NCBI GenBank assembly: GCA_963810635.1
Contig: CAWEOB010000001.1
Span: forward strand, 141,751 to 205,750
Reading direction: 5' to 3'
Source of the DNA: an uncultured Actinomycetes bacterium
Lineage (GTDB): Bacteria; Actinomycetota; UBA4738; HRBIN12
DNA: 64,000 nucleotides
The stretch's first letter is position 1. Each line of letters starts with the position of its first letter. The notes beneath the pieces are model-generated. The model had not been told where the DNA came from. It searched no databases and worked only from the letters and a program-made list of their open reading frames with translations. The position numbers and the translations under genes are program-made. Below are positions 47,652-57,765 of this stretch, one piece after another.

Positions 47652-49834
47652 TCACCGTCCGACGAGCTCGCGCACCCGCTCTGCGGCGGCGAGCGCACGC
47701 ATCACCTCGGCCTCGGTCGGCGCTTCGCGCGGCGGCGCGTAGCGCGCGCGCTCGAACGTCCGCACGACCAGCTCGGCGTGCGCGACGACCTCGCCCGCGA
47801 GGGCCGGATCGCCCTCCACCACCACCAAGAGCTCCGAGGGTGTCTCGGCGGGCGCCCGCGGATGGCCCGAACGTGCCAGGGCCTCGACGAGATCCTCGAA
47901 CGCACGGCCTGCGTCGTCCGCCGGGCCCGTGGAACGGGCCCGGCGGAGACGGCGGTACAGGAGGGCGATCGCGGCGCCGAGCGCCGCGATCGCCACCACG
48001 ACGAGCCACGCGTCCCACACGGCGCCGGCGGCGGCCGCGATGCCGCGGCTCGCCGCGCCGATGGCCTGCTTCATGGACTCGGGCACCCGTTGGCCGATCG
48101 TCCGCGCGAGGGCCGCGAGGGCCTCCCCGCCGAGGAACCTGGCCCCCGCCGACGGCTCCGCAGGTGGGACACCGAACGTGGGGTCGTACGGCAACCATCC
48201 CGCCTGCGGGTACCAGACCTCCACCCAGGCGTGAGCGTCGGACTGCCGCACCTCGAAGTACCCCGTGAGCGGGTTCCGCTCCCCCGGTCCGTAGCCGACC
48301 ACGAGCCGGGTAGGGACGCCGACGCTCCGGAGGAGCACCGCCATGGCGCTTGCGATGTGCTCGCAGAACCCTCGCTTCGTCTCGAACAGGAAGTGATCCA
48401 CCGCGTCGACGCCATCGGGCTCGCGTGGCACGTCGAGGTCGTACCGCGTGTTGGCCCGGAGCCACGCCTCCACCGCGTGCACCGCATCGACCTCCGACGG
48501 CGCGCCGGCCACGATCGAGTGCGCGAGCTGCCTGACGCGCGATGGCGTGCTGTCGGGCACCCGCAGGTACGGGGCCAGTCGCCGGGACGCCGGGTCCGGC
48601 TCCGGCAACTGTCGCAGGAGCGACGGCGGGAGCACCGGCACGTTCGAGACCACGGAGTACACGAGTCCCTCGTCGAGCAGGATCGGCGAGCGGATCGCGC
48701 CGTACCGATCCAGCCGGAGACCTCCCGAAGGGAAGTAGACCTTCGTCGCGTGGGCGGCCGCGAACACCACGTTGGGCTGCGCCGTCTCGATGTAGAAGGT
48801 CTGGATGACCTCGTTCGTGAGTCCCCACGGGAGCTGGGCGTCCACCCCGATCGAGGGCACGTCGTAGCCATCGTCCTCCGCTCGCGGCAGGGTCTCCTGC
48901 TCGTCGTTCGATGCGGTCCACACCAACCCGTCGAAGAGGTCGAACGCTTCGGCGCGGTAGAGCGAGGCCTGGTCCGCTCGCACGCGGAACACGACCTCGT
49001 CCGAGAGCTGCCCCCGGGCCCGCAGGTCCATCGCCGAGCTGAAGCCCGGGTAGGCATCGGGCGCGAAGTCGACCACGCCGTCGGTGCCGGCGGACGGGAG
49101 CCCCGGGTTGCGGATCTCGTCGGGCGACGCATCGGACGGCACGCCGCCGCCGAGGGAGAACGGCGGCGTGCGCACGAGCGCGGCGGGGAGCCGCGGCATC
49201 GCCATGAAGATCGCGACGCCGAGGATGAGCGCCGCCATGCCGGCCGTAGCGAGCGATCGACCCACGGGCGCGCGCGACGGGCGCTCGGGCACGATCCGCC
49301 GGATCGACAGGGGCGCGGTCACCTGGTCCGGTCGGGGGCGGGCCGACAGCCAGAGCCACGTGGCGGCGAGGCAGGCCCAGGTGACGATGACCCAGACGTA
49401 CGTGGTGGTCAGGGAGAGGGCTCCTGCCGCCGCCACGAGGGTGAGGCTCGACACCATCGAGAAGGCCAGATCCTGCGGCGTGGCACATCGAAGGCGTGGA
49501 GCACCTGGACCCACAGGAACAAGGAGGCCAGCGGCACCCGTGCTTGGTCAACGTTGTTGACCAAACGGACCGACGAGAGGAACTGGCCGAGCGCCGCGAG
49601 GAGCGCCACCGAGAGCACGACCTTGACCGCGAGGTTGCTGGTGGCCCGGCGCCGGTACGAGAAGAGGTAGCCGAGGGGCGCGAGCAGGAGGGCTGCGACC
49701 GCGGAGAGCGGATCGACCGCCGCCTGCAGGACGACCGCCAGGATTCCAGCTTCCACCGCGAGCGCCACGACGACGCGGATCGCCACGGAATCTTCGGGTG
49801 GCGCGCTCGGCGGCCGGCGCAGCGCGAACCTCAC
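47652..49834 (-). CDS. transglutaminase-domain membrane protein (TgpA-like: DUF3488 + TGase core + DUF4129-like tail; one frameshift near 49472)
   Basis: The GTG at 49834 overlaps the DUF58 stop. The N-terminal TM region (track ORF 49409..49906) joins track ORF 47652..49514 at '...HAFDVPRRR|DLAFSMVSS...'. The TGase core has 'KRGFCEHIASAMAVLLRSVGVPTRLVVGY' (Cys) and 'DAHAWVEVW...GWLPYDPT' (His/Asp). Confidence 0.8.
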
Positions 49835-51049
49835 GGGGCGCCCACCCGTGTGGGGACGCCGCCACCGGTGCCGAGGCTCAGGGCCAGATCGCCGTCCACG
49901 CGCCACGGCCGGACGTCGACCCCGGCTGCGTCGAGCGCCGCAACGAACGCGTCGAGCTCACGGTCGGCGCGTGACACCCCGACCGGTACGACGACCAACC
50001 GCGAGACCATCCGGCCCAGCCGCGTGAGATTCGTGACCAACCCCTCCCGCCGCTCACCTCTCCACACGGGCATGACGACGAGGACGCTCTCCACGCCGCG
50101 CAGCTCGTCATGCTGGAGACCGTCCAGGACAGAGTCGAGGGGGGGTCCGCCACCCTCGAGTCGCGCGAGCCACCGGAACGCCTCCCGCGTGTCGGCGCGG
50201 AGCAGGACGTCGACCTCACCGCCGGGGAGGCCGGCGATCGAATCGAGCTCCTGTTCCGTGCGCGGATGCTGCCTCGAGGACGGATGCCGCCACGGAGCAG
50301 CAACGGTCGAGCGGGGTCCACGCGTCACCCGCATCGCGCTCGGCGTCGACCACGATCGCCAGCCGGCGCGTCCGCTCCTCTTCGAACTCACGCACCATCA
50401 CCTGCCCGTGACGGGCGGTGAGCCCCCAGTGGACGTGCCGCATCGAGTCACCGGACCGGTACTCGCGGACCCCCAGGTACTCGGGGCCGGTGCCGCGTCG
50501 CGGCCAACGATGGGCCGCCGGCTCGGTGGTGCGTACCGGCTCCACGAACGACAGGGGACCGAGCGGGATCGTCGCGGGCAGCACCAAGGTCTCGCCAGGC
50601 GGGTCGAGGGGGAGGCGTCGGCGCCGTTCGGCGACGCCGAACGGCGCCGACGACCGCACCTCGACCCACGTGGTCCGGGCCGGCCCGCGCCGGCCCGGCA
50701 CCCGGACCGTCGTGGCGTCGATCCGCTCCTTGGGGCGGATCGACGCCACGAACACCTGGACCCGCTCGAGGTGCGGGTCCACGACCCGCACCGACCACCG
50801 GACCCCCCGGGCGCGGTTCGCCAATCGGACGTCGACGAAGGCCTCGGTGCCCTGGTCGGCCTCTTCGGGTGCCTGTATCGACGCCCGGAGCCCACGGAGC
50901 CCGACCAACGGGAGCACGAGGCCAGCGAGGAGCGCCCCCATCAGGAGTGCCGACAGGACGTACAGCCATCCGGCCTGGATGTTGGTGGCGATCGCGAACA
51001 GGACGAGCGCGCCGACCAGGAGTCCGGCCGCGCGCTTGCGCGGACGCAT
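49831..51049 (-). CDS. DUF58-family protein (one frameshift near 50268)
   Basis: ATG at 51049. Two N-terminal TM helices and the DUF58 core 'GPEYLGVREYRSGDSMRHVHWGLTARHGQVMVREFEEE'. The C-terminal part is in the frame of track ORF 49831..50391. The length is 3n+1. Confidence 0.8.
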
Positions 51050-51053
51050 CGGC

Positions 51054-52052
51054 TCAGCCCTTCCGGGGGACGTGCAGCGGCACGGGGATCTCGTCCAGAA
51101 CGCGACGCACGACCTCGTGCACCACCGCGCCCCCACCCCGCGCCTGCTTCGGGACGATCCGGTGCTCCAGGACCGCCGGTACGAGCGCCTTCACATCGTC
51201 AGGCAGGACGAAGTCCCGGCCCTCGGCCACGGCTCGGGCCTGTGCGCATCGGACGACCCAGACGCTCGAGCGGGGCGACGCGCCGAGCTCGACCTCGGGG
51301 GCGTTGCGGGTGGCGCCGACGATGCTGACGGCGTAGCCGAGCACCGCCTCGTCCACGTGGACCTCGCGGACGGCGTGCTGGCACCTCGCCACCTCGTCGG
51401 GCTTCAGCACGGCTTCGAGGTCGAGCAGGGGATGCCGTTCCATCTGACGGCGCACCAGATCGGTCGACCCGTCCGCGTCCGGATACCCGACCCGCACCGC
51501 GAGCGCGAACCGGTCCAGCTGTCCCTCGGGCAAGGGGTACGTGCCGTGCTGCTCGATCGGGTTCTCCGTTGCGATCACGACGAAAGGTTCGGGAAGGCGG
51601 TGGGTCACGCCCTCCACCGTCACCTGTCGCTCTTCCATGGGTTCCAGCAGCGCCGATTGCGTGCGCGGCGTGGTCCGGTTGATCTCGTCCACCAGCACCA
51701 CGTTCGCGAAGAGGGGTCCGGGCACGAACCGGAAGCCCCCCTGAGCCTGGTCGTAGATGCTCACGCCGGTCAGATCGCTCGGCAGGAGGTCGGGCGTGGC
51801 TTGGATCCGGTTGAAGTCGCCGCCGATCGACACCGCGAGCGCCCGAGCGAGCGTCGTCTTGCCCACCCCGGGCACCCCTTCGAGCAGGAGGTTGCCATCG
51901 GCGAACAGGCAGACCGCGGCGAGCTCCACGGCCTCGTCGTTCCCGGCGATGACGCGCCCGACGTTCTCGACCAGCCGACGGAACGCCGCGGTCGCCTCGC
52001 TGAAGGCATGCTGCGGCTCGATCACGTTCCAGGCTTCGTCGCCCGAGGGCAC
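51054..52052 (-). CDS. MoxR-family AAA+ ATPase
   Basis: Walker A 'GVPGVGKTTLARALA', Walker B 'VVLVDEINRTTPRTQSALLEPMEE', and 'VIATENPIEQHGTYPLPEGQLDRF'. Confidence 0.9.
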   Translation of the reverse strand: MPSGDEAWNVIEPQHAFSEATAAFRRLVENVGRVIAGNDEAVELAAVCLFADGNLLLEGVPGVGKTTLARALAVSIGGDFNRIQATPDLLPSDLTGVSIYDQAQGGFRFVPGPLFANVVLVDEINRTTPRTQSALLEPMEERQVTVEGVTHRLPEPFVVIATENPIEQHGTYPLPEGQLDRFALAVRVGYPDADGSTDLVRRQMERHPLLDLEAVLKPDEVARCQHAVREVHVDEAVLGYAVSIVGATRNAPEVELGASPRSSVWVVRCAQARAVAEGRDFVLPDDVKALVPAVLEHRIVPKQARGGGAVVHEVVRRVLDEIPVPLHVPRKG

Positions 52053-52076
52053 CGCCTTGAGCAGGGACGCTGCCGG

Positions 52077-53105
52077 CTACGGCTTGCGCGCGGCCAGCGC
52101 GCTGATCGCCTCGAGCACGCACCGGTGCGCGAGCGCCGCGGTCACATCGGCGGTGTCGTACGGAGGCGAAACCTCGACCACGTCCATGCCCACGACCTCC
52201 ACCTGGCTGACGATCTGCCGGACAGCCCGGAGCAGCTCCCGCGGCAGCATGCCGCCCGGTTCGGGGGTCCCGGTCCCCGGGGCGCTCCCCGGGTCGACGA
52301 CATCGATGTCGATCGACAGGTAGATGCAGTCGGGCCCGTCCAGCGCCTCGACGATCGCCTCGGCGATCACGGCCTCGCTCCCCCGCTCCTCGATCTCGGT
52401 CATCCGGTGCCACCGCAGGCCGTGTGCGCGCATCCAGTCGAAGGTCGCCTCCTCGGGCCAGTACCCGCGGAGGCCGACCTGCACGAAGTTCCTCCCCTCG
52501 ACCCAGCCCTGCTCGATCAGATTGCGCATCGGTGTGCCGTGGCTGATGAGCGAGCCGTAGACCTCGAGAGAGGTGTCCGCGTGCGCGTCGAAGTGCAGGA
52601 GCCCGACCTTCCGAGGGTGGACGGCACGCGCCACCGCGGCACACGAGGGGTAGGTGATCGAGTGGTCGCCGCCCAGCACGATCGGGATGGCGCCCGTGCG
52701 TGCGACCCGCCAGACCTTCTCGTGCACGACGCGCAGCGCGCGCTCGAGGCGCGACGGCATGATCGGCGCGTCGCCCGCATCGACCGCCTTCACCTTGTCG
52801 AACAACGAGGTCTGGAGCTGGATCGACCAGAGATCGCCGGCGTGGTAGCTGGCCTGCCGGATCGCTCGCGGACCGAAGCGCGCACCGGCCCGGTTCGAGG
52901 CGCCGTCGTCGACCGGCGCCCCGATGATCGCGACCTCTGCTCCGAAGGTCGCGAGCTCGTCGTCGTCCGTGATGAGCGGGAGCTTCTGGAACGAGGTCGA
53001 GCCGACGTAGCTCGGCAGGTAGAAGTCGGGCGCCTCGTCGTACTCGATGTCACCGAGCAGCATCTCGGACGGATCGGGAAGGCGGAACTCACGCGGGTCG
53101 GTCAT
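52077..53105 (-). CDS. ureohydrolase (agmatinase / guanidino-acid hydrolase family)
   Basis: Arginase-fold Mn ligand motifs: 'LGGDHSITYP', 'HFDAHADT', 'SIDIDVVDPGSAPGTGTPEPGG'. Confidence 0.85.
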   Translation of the reverse strand: MTDPREFRLPDPSEMLLGDIEYDEAPDFYLPSYVGSTSFQKLPLITDDDELATFGAEVAIIGAPVDDGASNRAGARFGPRAIRQASYHAGDLWSIQLQTSLFDKVKAVDAGDAPIMPSRLERALRVVHEKVWRVARTGAIPIVLGGDHSITYPSCAAVARAVHPRKVGLLHFDAHADTSLEVYGSLISHGTPMRNLIEQGWVEGRNFVQVGLRGYWPEEATFDWMRAHGLRWHRMTEIEERGSEAVIAEAIVEALDGPDCIYLSIDIDVVDPGSAPGTGTPEPGGMLPRELLRAVRQIVSQVEVVGMDVVEVSPPYDTADVTAALAHRCVLEAISALAARKP

Positions 53106-53145
53106 CGCGCGAAGCTTGCCACACGCTCGCGTCGGCGGCGTGGTC

Positions 53146-54720
53146 TTACTTCTTCAGATCCTTGAGCAACTGCTTCGCCGCGTTCGCGCCCGGACCGCCG
53201 GTGATCCCGCCGCCGGGATGCGCGCCGGAACCGGCCAGGTAGAGACGATCCACCGCGAACCGGTACCGCGCTTCCTGGTTGAGGGGCCGCCAGGCGAACC
53301 ATTGATCCAGACCCGGTGCGGCGTGGAAGACGTCGCCGCCGGTGAGCCCATACCCGGTCTCGACGTCCTCGGGGGTCGTCACGGTCCGCGCCTCGACGAG
53401 CGAGGAGAGCCCCGGCGCGTACTGTTCCAGGGTCTTCAACACGATGTCGCCGAGCGACTCACGCTCCGACACCCAGGTCGAGTCTCGGAGGCTCCGCGGC
53501 GCCGCTTGGACGAGCACGCTCATCACGTGCTTGCCCTCGGGCGCCAGTGACGGGTCGCCGATCGACGGGATGGTGGCCTCGAGCATCGGGGAATCGGCCA
53601 GGACCCCGTACTTCGCCGCGTCCATCGCACGCTCCACGTCGTCGATGGACGGGCCGATCACGATCCGGCCGCCCAGCCGCTCGGCATCGGCTCCCGGGAA
53701 GACGGGCAGACCGCCCAGGGCGAGGTCGACCTTCGCGGTCGCCCCCGGCTGCCGGATGTTCTCGCCTCGCCACACCAAGGTGGGACCGAGCACCTCGGGA
53801 TCGACGAGCCGGAGCGTCCGCTTCGGATCGGCGGCCGAGACCACCACGTCGGCCGGCAGCTCGCTGCCGTCCGACAGCACGACCCCCGTGGCGCGATCGC
53901 CACGCGTGGCGATCGCGACCACCTCCGCCCCGGTCCGGATCGTGGCGCCGAAGGTCTGGGCGGCGGCGGCGAGCGCGCTCGCGAGCGCGCCGGTGCCGCC
54001 ACGGGCGAACGTCGACTGCCCCGCCGCTCCGCCGTCGTTGCCGGCCGCATCGTTCAGGAACACGGCCGCTGTCCCCGACGCCCAGGGGCCGTTGCTCGTG
54101 TACAGGACACCTCGCGTGGCGAGCGGACCACGGACCGCCTCGGACGCGAACACCTCGCCGACGAGGTCCGCGACAGCCATCGGCAGCGTGCGGATCGCCT
54201 CCCGGCCGGTCTTGGCGCCCAGGTCGCGGAACGCCTTCCCGAGCTTCAGCCCGGCGATCGCGTCGGCGATCGACGGCGAGCGCACGTCGGGCGGGGTCGC
54301 CACGTTCACGTACGCGAGGAAGCTGGCGATGGCGCGCACCTTCCGGTCGAAGGCGGGATACGCCTCGCCGTCGGCCGCCGACCGATCACGGAGCTCTGCG
54401 CCCGTCCGAGCCGCGTCGGCCCAGAACGTGACAGAGGTCCCGTCGGGCTGGGGTGCGAACGCGCGGACAGCGGGCTCGATGGGCTCGTAGCCGTGACGGT
54501 CGAGCTCGAGATCGCGGACGACCGTGGGCCGCAGACGCCCGACCGTGTGGGCGAGCCCGGGAGCCGTGAAGCCGTCGGCCAGCGGCACGGGACGGAGGAT
54601 GCCGCCGACCTCGTCGGCACGCTCAACCACGGTCACGTGACGTCCAGCTTTCGCGAGGTACGCCGCCGCGACCAGCCCGTTGTGGCCGGCGCCGATGACG
54701 ACGATCCGCTCCTTGGACAT
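53146..54720 (-). CDS. NAD(P)/FAD-dependent oxidoreductase, phytoene-desaturase (CrtI)/PYROXD2 family, paralogue A
   Basis: Intact 524-aa ORF. 'RIVVIGAGHNGLVAAAYLAKAG' and C-terminal 'LYLAGSGAHPGGGITGGPG'. The ATG at 54720 overlaps the stop of paralogue B (ATGA). Confidence 0.8.
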   Translation of the reverse strand: MSKERIVVIGAGHNGLVAAAYLAKAGRHVTVVERADEVGGILRPVPLADGFTAPGLAHTVGRLRPTVVRDLELDRHGYEPIEPAVRAFAPQPDGTSVTFWADAARTGAELRDRSAADGEAYPAFDRKVRAIASFLAYVNVATPPDVRSPSIADAIAGLKLGKAFRDLGAKTGREAIRTLPMAVADLVGEVFASEAVRGPLATRGVLYTSNGPWASGTAAVFLNDAAGNDGGAAGQSTFARGGTGALASALAAAAQTFGATIRTGAEVVAIATRGDRATGVVLSDGSELPADVVVSAADPKRTLRLVDPEVLGPTLVWRGENIRQPGATAKVDLALGGLPVFPGADAERLGGRIVIGPSIDDVERAMDAAKYGVLADSPMLEATIPSIGDPSLAPEGKHVMSVLVQAAPRSLRDSTWVSERESLGDIVLKTLEQYAPGLSSLVEARTVTTPEDVETGYGLTGGDVFHAAPGLDQWFAWRPLNQEARYRFAVDRLYLAGSGAHPGGGITGGPGANAAKQLLKDLKK

Positions 54721-56322
54721 CAGGCCGCCCGCCGGCCCTTCTTCTTCTCCTTCAGGTACTCGAGCGCGGCCAGGCGCCCGTTCGCGCCCATGATGCCGCC
54801 GCCGGGATGCGTGGCGGAGCCGCACATCCAGAGGTCCTTCACCGGGGTCCGGTAGCGGGCCCAGCCCGCCACCGGCCGGTTGAAGAAGAGCTGCTCCAGC
54901 GAGAGCTCGCCCTGGAAGATGTTGCCCTCGGTGAGCCCGGTCCAGTCCTCGATGTCCTTCGGCGACAGCACGAGCCGGTGGAGGATCTTCGAGCGGATGT
55001 CGGGGAACCGCTCCTCGAGCGTGTCGATGACCGTCTCCGCGAAGTCGTCGCGCATCCGGTCGTCCCACTCCTTGCCCGGCTCGAGCTTGTACGGCGCGTA
55101 CTGCACGAAGCACGACATCACGTGCTTGCCGGGGGGCGCCATCGACGGGTCGACGAGCGTCGGGATGATGCAGTCGATGTACGGGCGGCGGCTGAACCGT
55201 CCGTACTTGGCGTCGTCGTAGGCCCGCTCCATGTAGTCGAGCGAGGGACTGAACGAGATGGCGCCCCGGAGCCACGGCCCGACCCCGGGCTTGCAGGCGA
55301 GCTCGGGCAGGCCGTCGAGCGCCAGGTTCACCTTGCCGCTCGAACCGCGGAACTTGTACCGGCGCACCTCGGCCTCGAAGTCCGGATCGAGCGTGCCGGA
55401 CTCGAGCAGCTTCAGGAAGGTCAGGTTCGCGTCCACGGACGACATCACGACGCCCGCCTCGATCTCCTCACCGGTCCCGAGCGCCACGCCCACCGCGCGG
55501 CCGCCCTTCACGATCACGTTCGACACCGGTGCCTCGGTCCGGATCTCCACGCCCAGCCCGAGCGCCGCGTCCGCGATCGCGTACGAGATGCCGCCGGTGC
55601 CGCCCCGCGGGATCCCCCACGCGCGGAACGCGCCGTCGATCTCACCCATGTAGTGATGCAGGAGCACGTACGCGGTGCCCGGCGAACGCGGTCCCTGGAA
55701 GGTCCCGATGATCCCCGAGGCGCTCATCGTTGCCTTCAGCGGCTCGGTCTCGAACCACTGCTCGAGGAACTCTGCGGCGCTCATGGTCATCAGCTGGATG
55801 AAGCAGGTCTGGAGCCGCTCGGGGAAGTCGCTTGAAGTCCTTCGCGAGGCCGGTGAGCGGGAGCCAGTCGAGCGGGCTGATCTTCCCCGGGTCCGGCGGG
55901 ACGATCGACAGGATCGGCTTGATGAACCGGGCCATCTCGGCCATGAGCATCGAGTACTCGCCGTAGGCCTCGGCGTCGTTCAGCGACCACCGGCGCAGCT
56001 CGCGGACCGTCTTGCCGTGGTCGTTCACGCGCCAGAGGTAGTCGTCGTCGAGCGGTGTGATGGTGCCGTCGAGCGGAGAGATCTCCAACCCGTGCTTCGG
56101 GAGCTCCAGCTCACGGATGATCTCGGGCCGGAGCAGCGAGACGACGTACGACATGGCGGAGAAGCGGAACCCCGGGAAGTGCTCGACGGTGGTCGCGGCG
56201 CCGCCGAGGATCGGGTTCTTCTCGAGGACCAGCACGGACTGACCGGCCTTCGCGAGATAGGCGGCCGTCGTGAGGCCGTTGTGACCCCCGCCGATCACGA
56301 CGGCGTCGTACCGCCTGGCCAT
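54720..56322 (-). CDS. NAD(P)/FAD-dependent oxidoreductase, PYROXD2 family, paralogue B (one frameshift at the C4/G4 run 55821-55824)
   Basis: ATG at 56322 after GGAGGAGG. 'YDAVVIGGGHNGLTTAAYLAKAG...SYVVSLLRPEIIRELELPKHGL' (track ORF 55642..56394) joins 'ERLQTCFIQLMTMSAAEFLEQWFETEPLKAT...YVLLHHYMG...LWMCGSATHPGGGIMG' (track ORF 54720..55790). These blocks closely resemble human PYROXD2 as I recall it. Confidence 0.8.
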
Positions 56323-56444
56323 CGACCCTCCTCCTGGACGCAGACCCCGCGGCACCCGGACGAACCGCGCCGCACGCCGGCAGCGACGCCCCATCGGCGC
56401 CGGTCCGCATGGTAAACGGGCACCTCCGGACCCGACCCGCGCAC

Positions 56445-56470
56445 CCTGACCTCAGGTCAGGTGTCAGGTG
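56445..56470. promoter_or_regulatory. perfect palindrome plus an extra half-site in a divergent promoter region (candidate operator)
   Basis: CCTGACCT c AGGTCAGG at 56445-56461 is followed immediately by tGTCAGGTg. It lies in the 183-nt spacer between paralogue B (-) and the GcvT-like gene (+), about 35-60 nt upstream of ATG 56506. Confidence 0.3.
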
Positions 56471-56505
56471 CCGCCCACGGAGTGCCCTGGCTACGCTACG
56501 CCGCG

Positions 56506-57699
56506 ATGACGGTCGGCACCGCGTTCTATCAGCGACAGCAGGAGCTCAACACGAAGCTCGCCTGGGGTGAGTGGTCGGGCTACCACGCCCCCGCGGTCTA
56601 CGCGGACTTCCACGACATCGAGTACAACGCGGTGCGCGAAGCGGCGGGCGTGATCGATACGTCGCCCCTGTACAAGTACGTCGTGCGGGGTCCCGACGCG
56701 GGCCGGCTCATGGACCGCGTGATGACCCGCGACATCGCGAAGCTCCGTGTCGACCGCGTCTTCTACACACCGTGGTGCGACGAGGACGGCAAGCTCATCG
56801 ATGACGGGACCATCGCCAGGATCGCCGACGACGCTTACCGCGTCACCGCGGCCGACCAGACCCGGCGGTGGTTCCTGATGAACGCCACGGGCCTCGACGT
56901 CGAGATCGACGACGTGACCGACACCCTTGCGGCGCTGGCGCTCCAGGGGTTGCTGTCCCGCGAGGTCCTGCACAAGGCCACGGGTGAGGACTGGTCCGAT
57001 GTCCCGTACTTCGGTCGCCGGATGACAACGATCGCGGGCATCGAGGTGGACGTGACACGCACGGGCTACACGGGCGACCGTGGTTTCGAGCTCTGGATCC
57101 CGGTCGACGGCGCGCTCGCCGTGTGGGATGCGGTGTTCGCGGCCGGTGCCGACTACGGGATCCACCCGGTCGGGATCCGCGCGTTGGACGTCTGCCGCGT
57201 GGAGGCCGGGCTGATCCTCGCTGAGGTGGAGTTCTCGAGCGCCCGCCACGTGACGGCACCCGAGCTCAAGTACTCACCGTTCGAGGTGGGCCTCGGCCGC
57301 CTCGTCGCGTTCGACAAGGCGGCACCGTTCGTCGGCAAGCGGGCCTTGCTCGCCGAGCGTTCGGCGGGTGGACCGGCGCGCCGCCTCGTCGGCCTCGAGC
57401 TCGATTGGAGCGGAATCGAGGGCCTCTACGCGAAGCACGACCTCGCCCCCGGTGTGTCCCCGCTCGTCCACCGCGATCCGGTGCCTGTGTTCAAGGAGGG
57501 CAGGCAGGTCGGCCGCGCCACCTCGATCACCTGGGGACCTACGATCAAGAAGATGGTCGGCTTCGGGAGCGTCGACAAGGGCTTGAGCGCGCCCGGCACC
57601 CGGGTCAGCGTGGAGTGGAGCGTCGAGGGTGAGCGCGGGAAGGTCGGGGCCACGGTGGTGCCGACCCCGTTCCTCGACCTCGAGCGCAAGCGCACCTGA
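56506..57699 (+). CDS. aminomethyltransferase-family (GcvT-like, folate-binding) protein
   Basis: ATG at 56506 (MTVGTAFYQR...). 'EYNAVREAAGVIDTSPLYKYVVRGPDA', 'TRTGYTGDRGFELW' and 'AGLILAEVEF' are GcvT-fold hallmarks. Confidence 0.8.
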   Translation: MTVGTAFYQRQQELNTKLAWGEWSGYHAPAVYADFHDIEYNAVREAAGVIDTSPLYKYVVRGPDAGRLMDRVMTRDIAKLRVDRVFYTPWCDEDGKLIDDGTIARIADDAYRVTAADQTRRWFLMNATGLDVEIDDVTDTLAALALQGLLSREVLHKATGEDWSDVPYFGRRMTTIAGIEVDVTRTGYTGDRGFELWIPVDGALAVWDAVFAAGADYGIHPVGIRALDVCRVEAGLILAEVEFSSARHVTAPELKYSPFEVGLGRLVAFDKAAPFVGKRALLAERSAGGPARRLVGLELDWSGIEGLYAKHDLAPGVSPLVHRDPVPVFKEGRQVGRATSITWGPTIKKMVGFGSVDKGLSAPGTRVSVEWSVEGERGKVGATVVPTPFLDLERKRT

Positions 57700-57765
57700 C
57701 CAGCACCGGAACTCCACACGGCGCTTGGCTGTCTCGACGCTCCGTTCTGCCACCATAGGAACGGC

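Noticed and set aside
47385-53165. Very long plus-strand ORFs (47385..49670, 49496..51328, 50418..53165)
   Set aside because: They are antisense shadows of the transglutaminase, DUF58, MoxR and agmatinase genes, which is typical of very GC-rich DNA. The translations are Arg/Pro/Gly-rich with no recognisable motifs, whereas the minus-strand genes have clear family signatures.
56323-56505. Possible glycine or THF riboswitch upstream of the GcvT-like gene
   Set aside because: Reading the spacer, I could not find the conserved glycine-riboswitch core (GGAGAG...CACCG...) or any other familiar riboswitch element. Only the palindromic operator-like site stands out.
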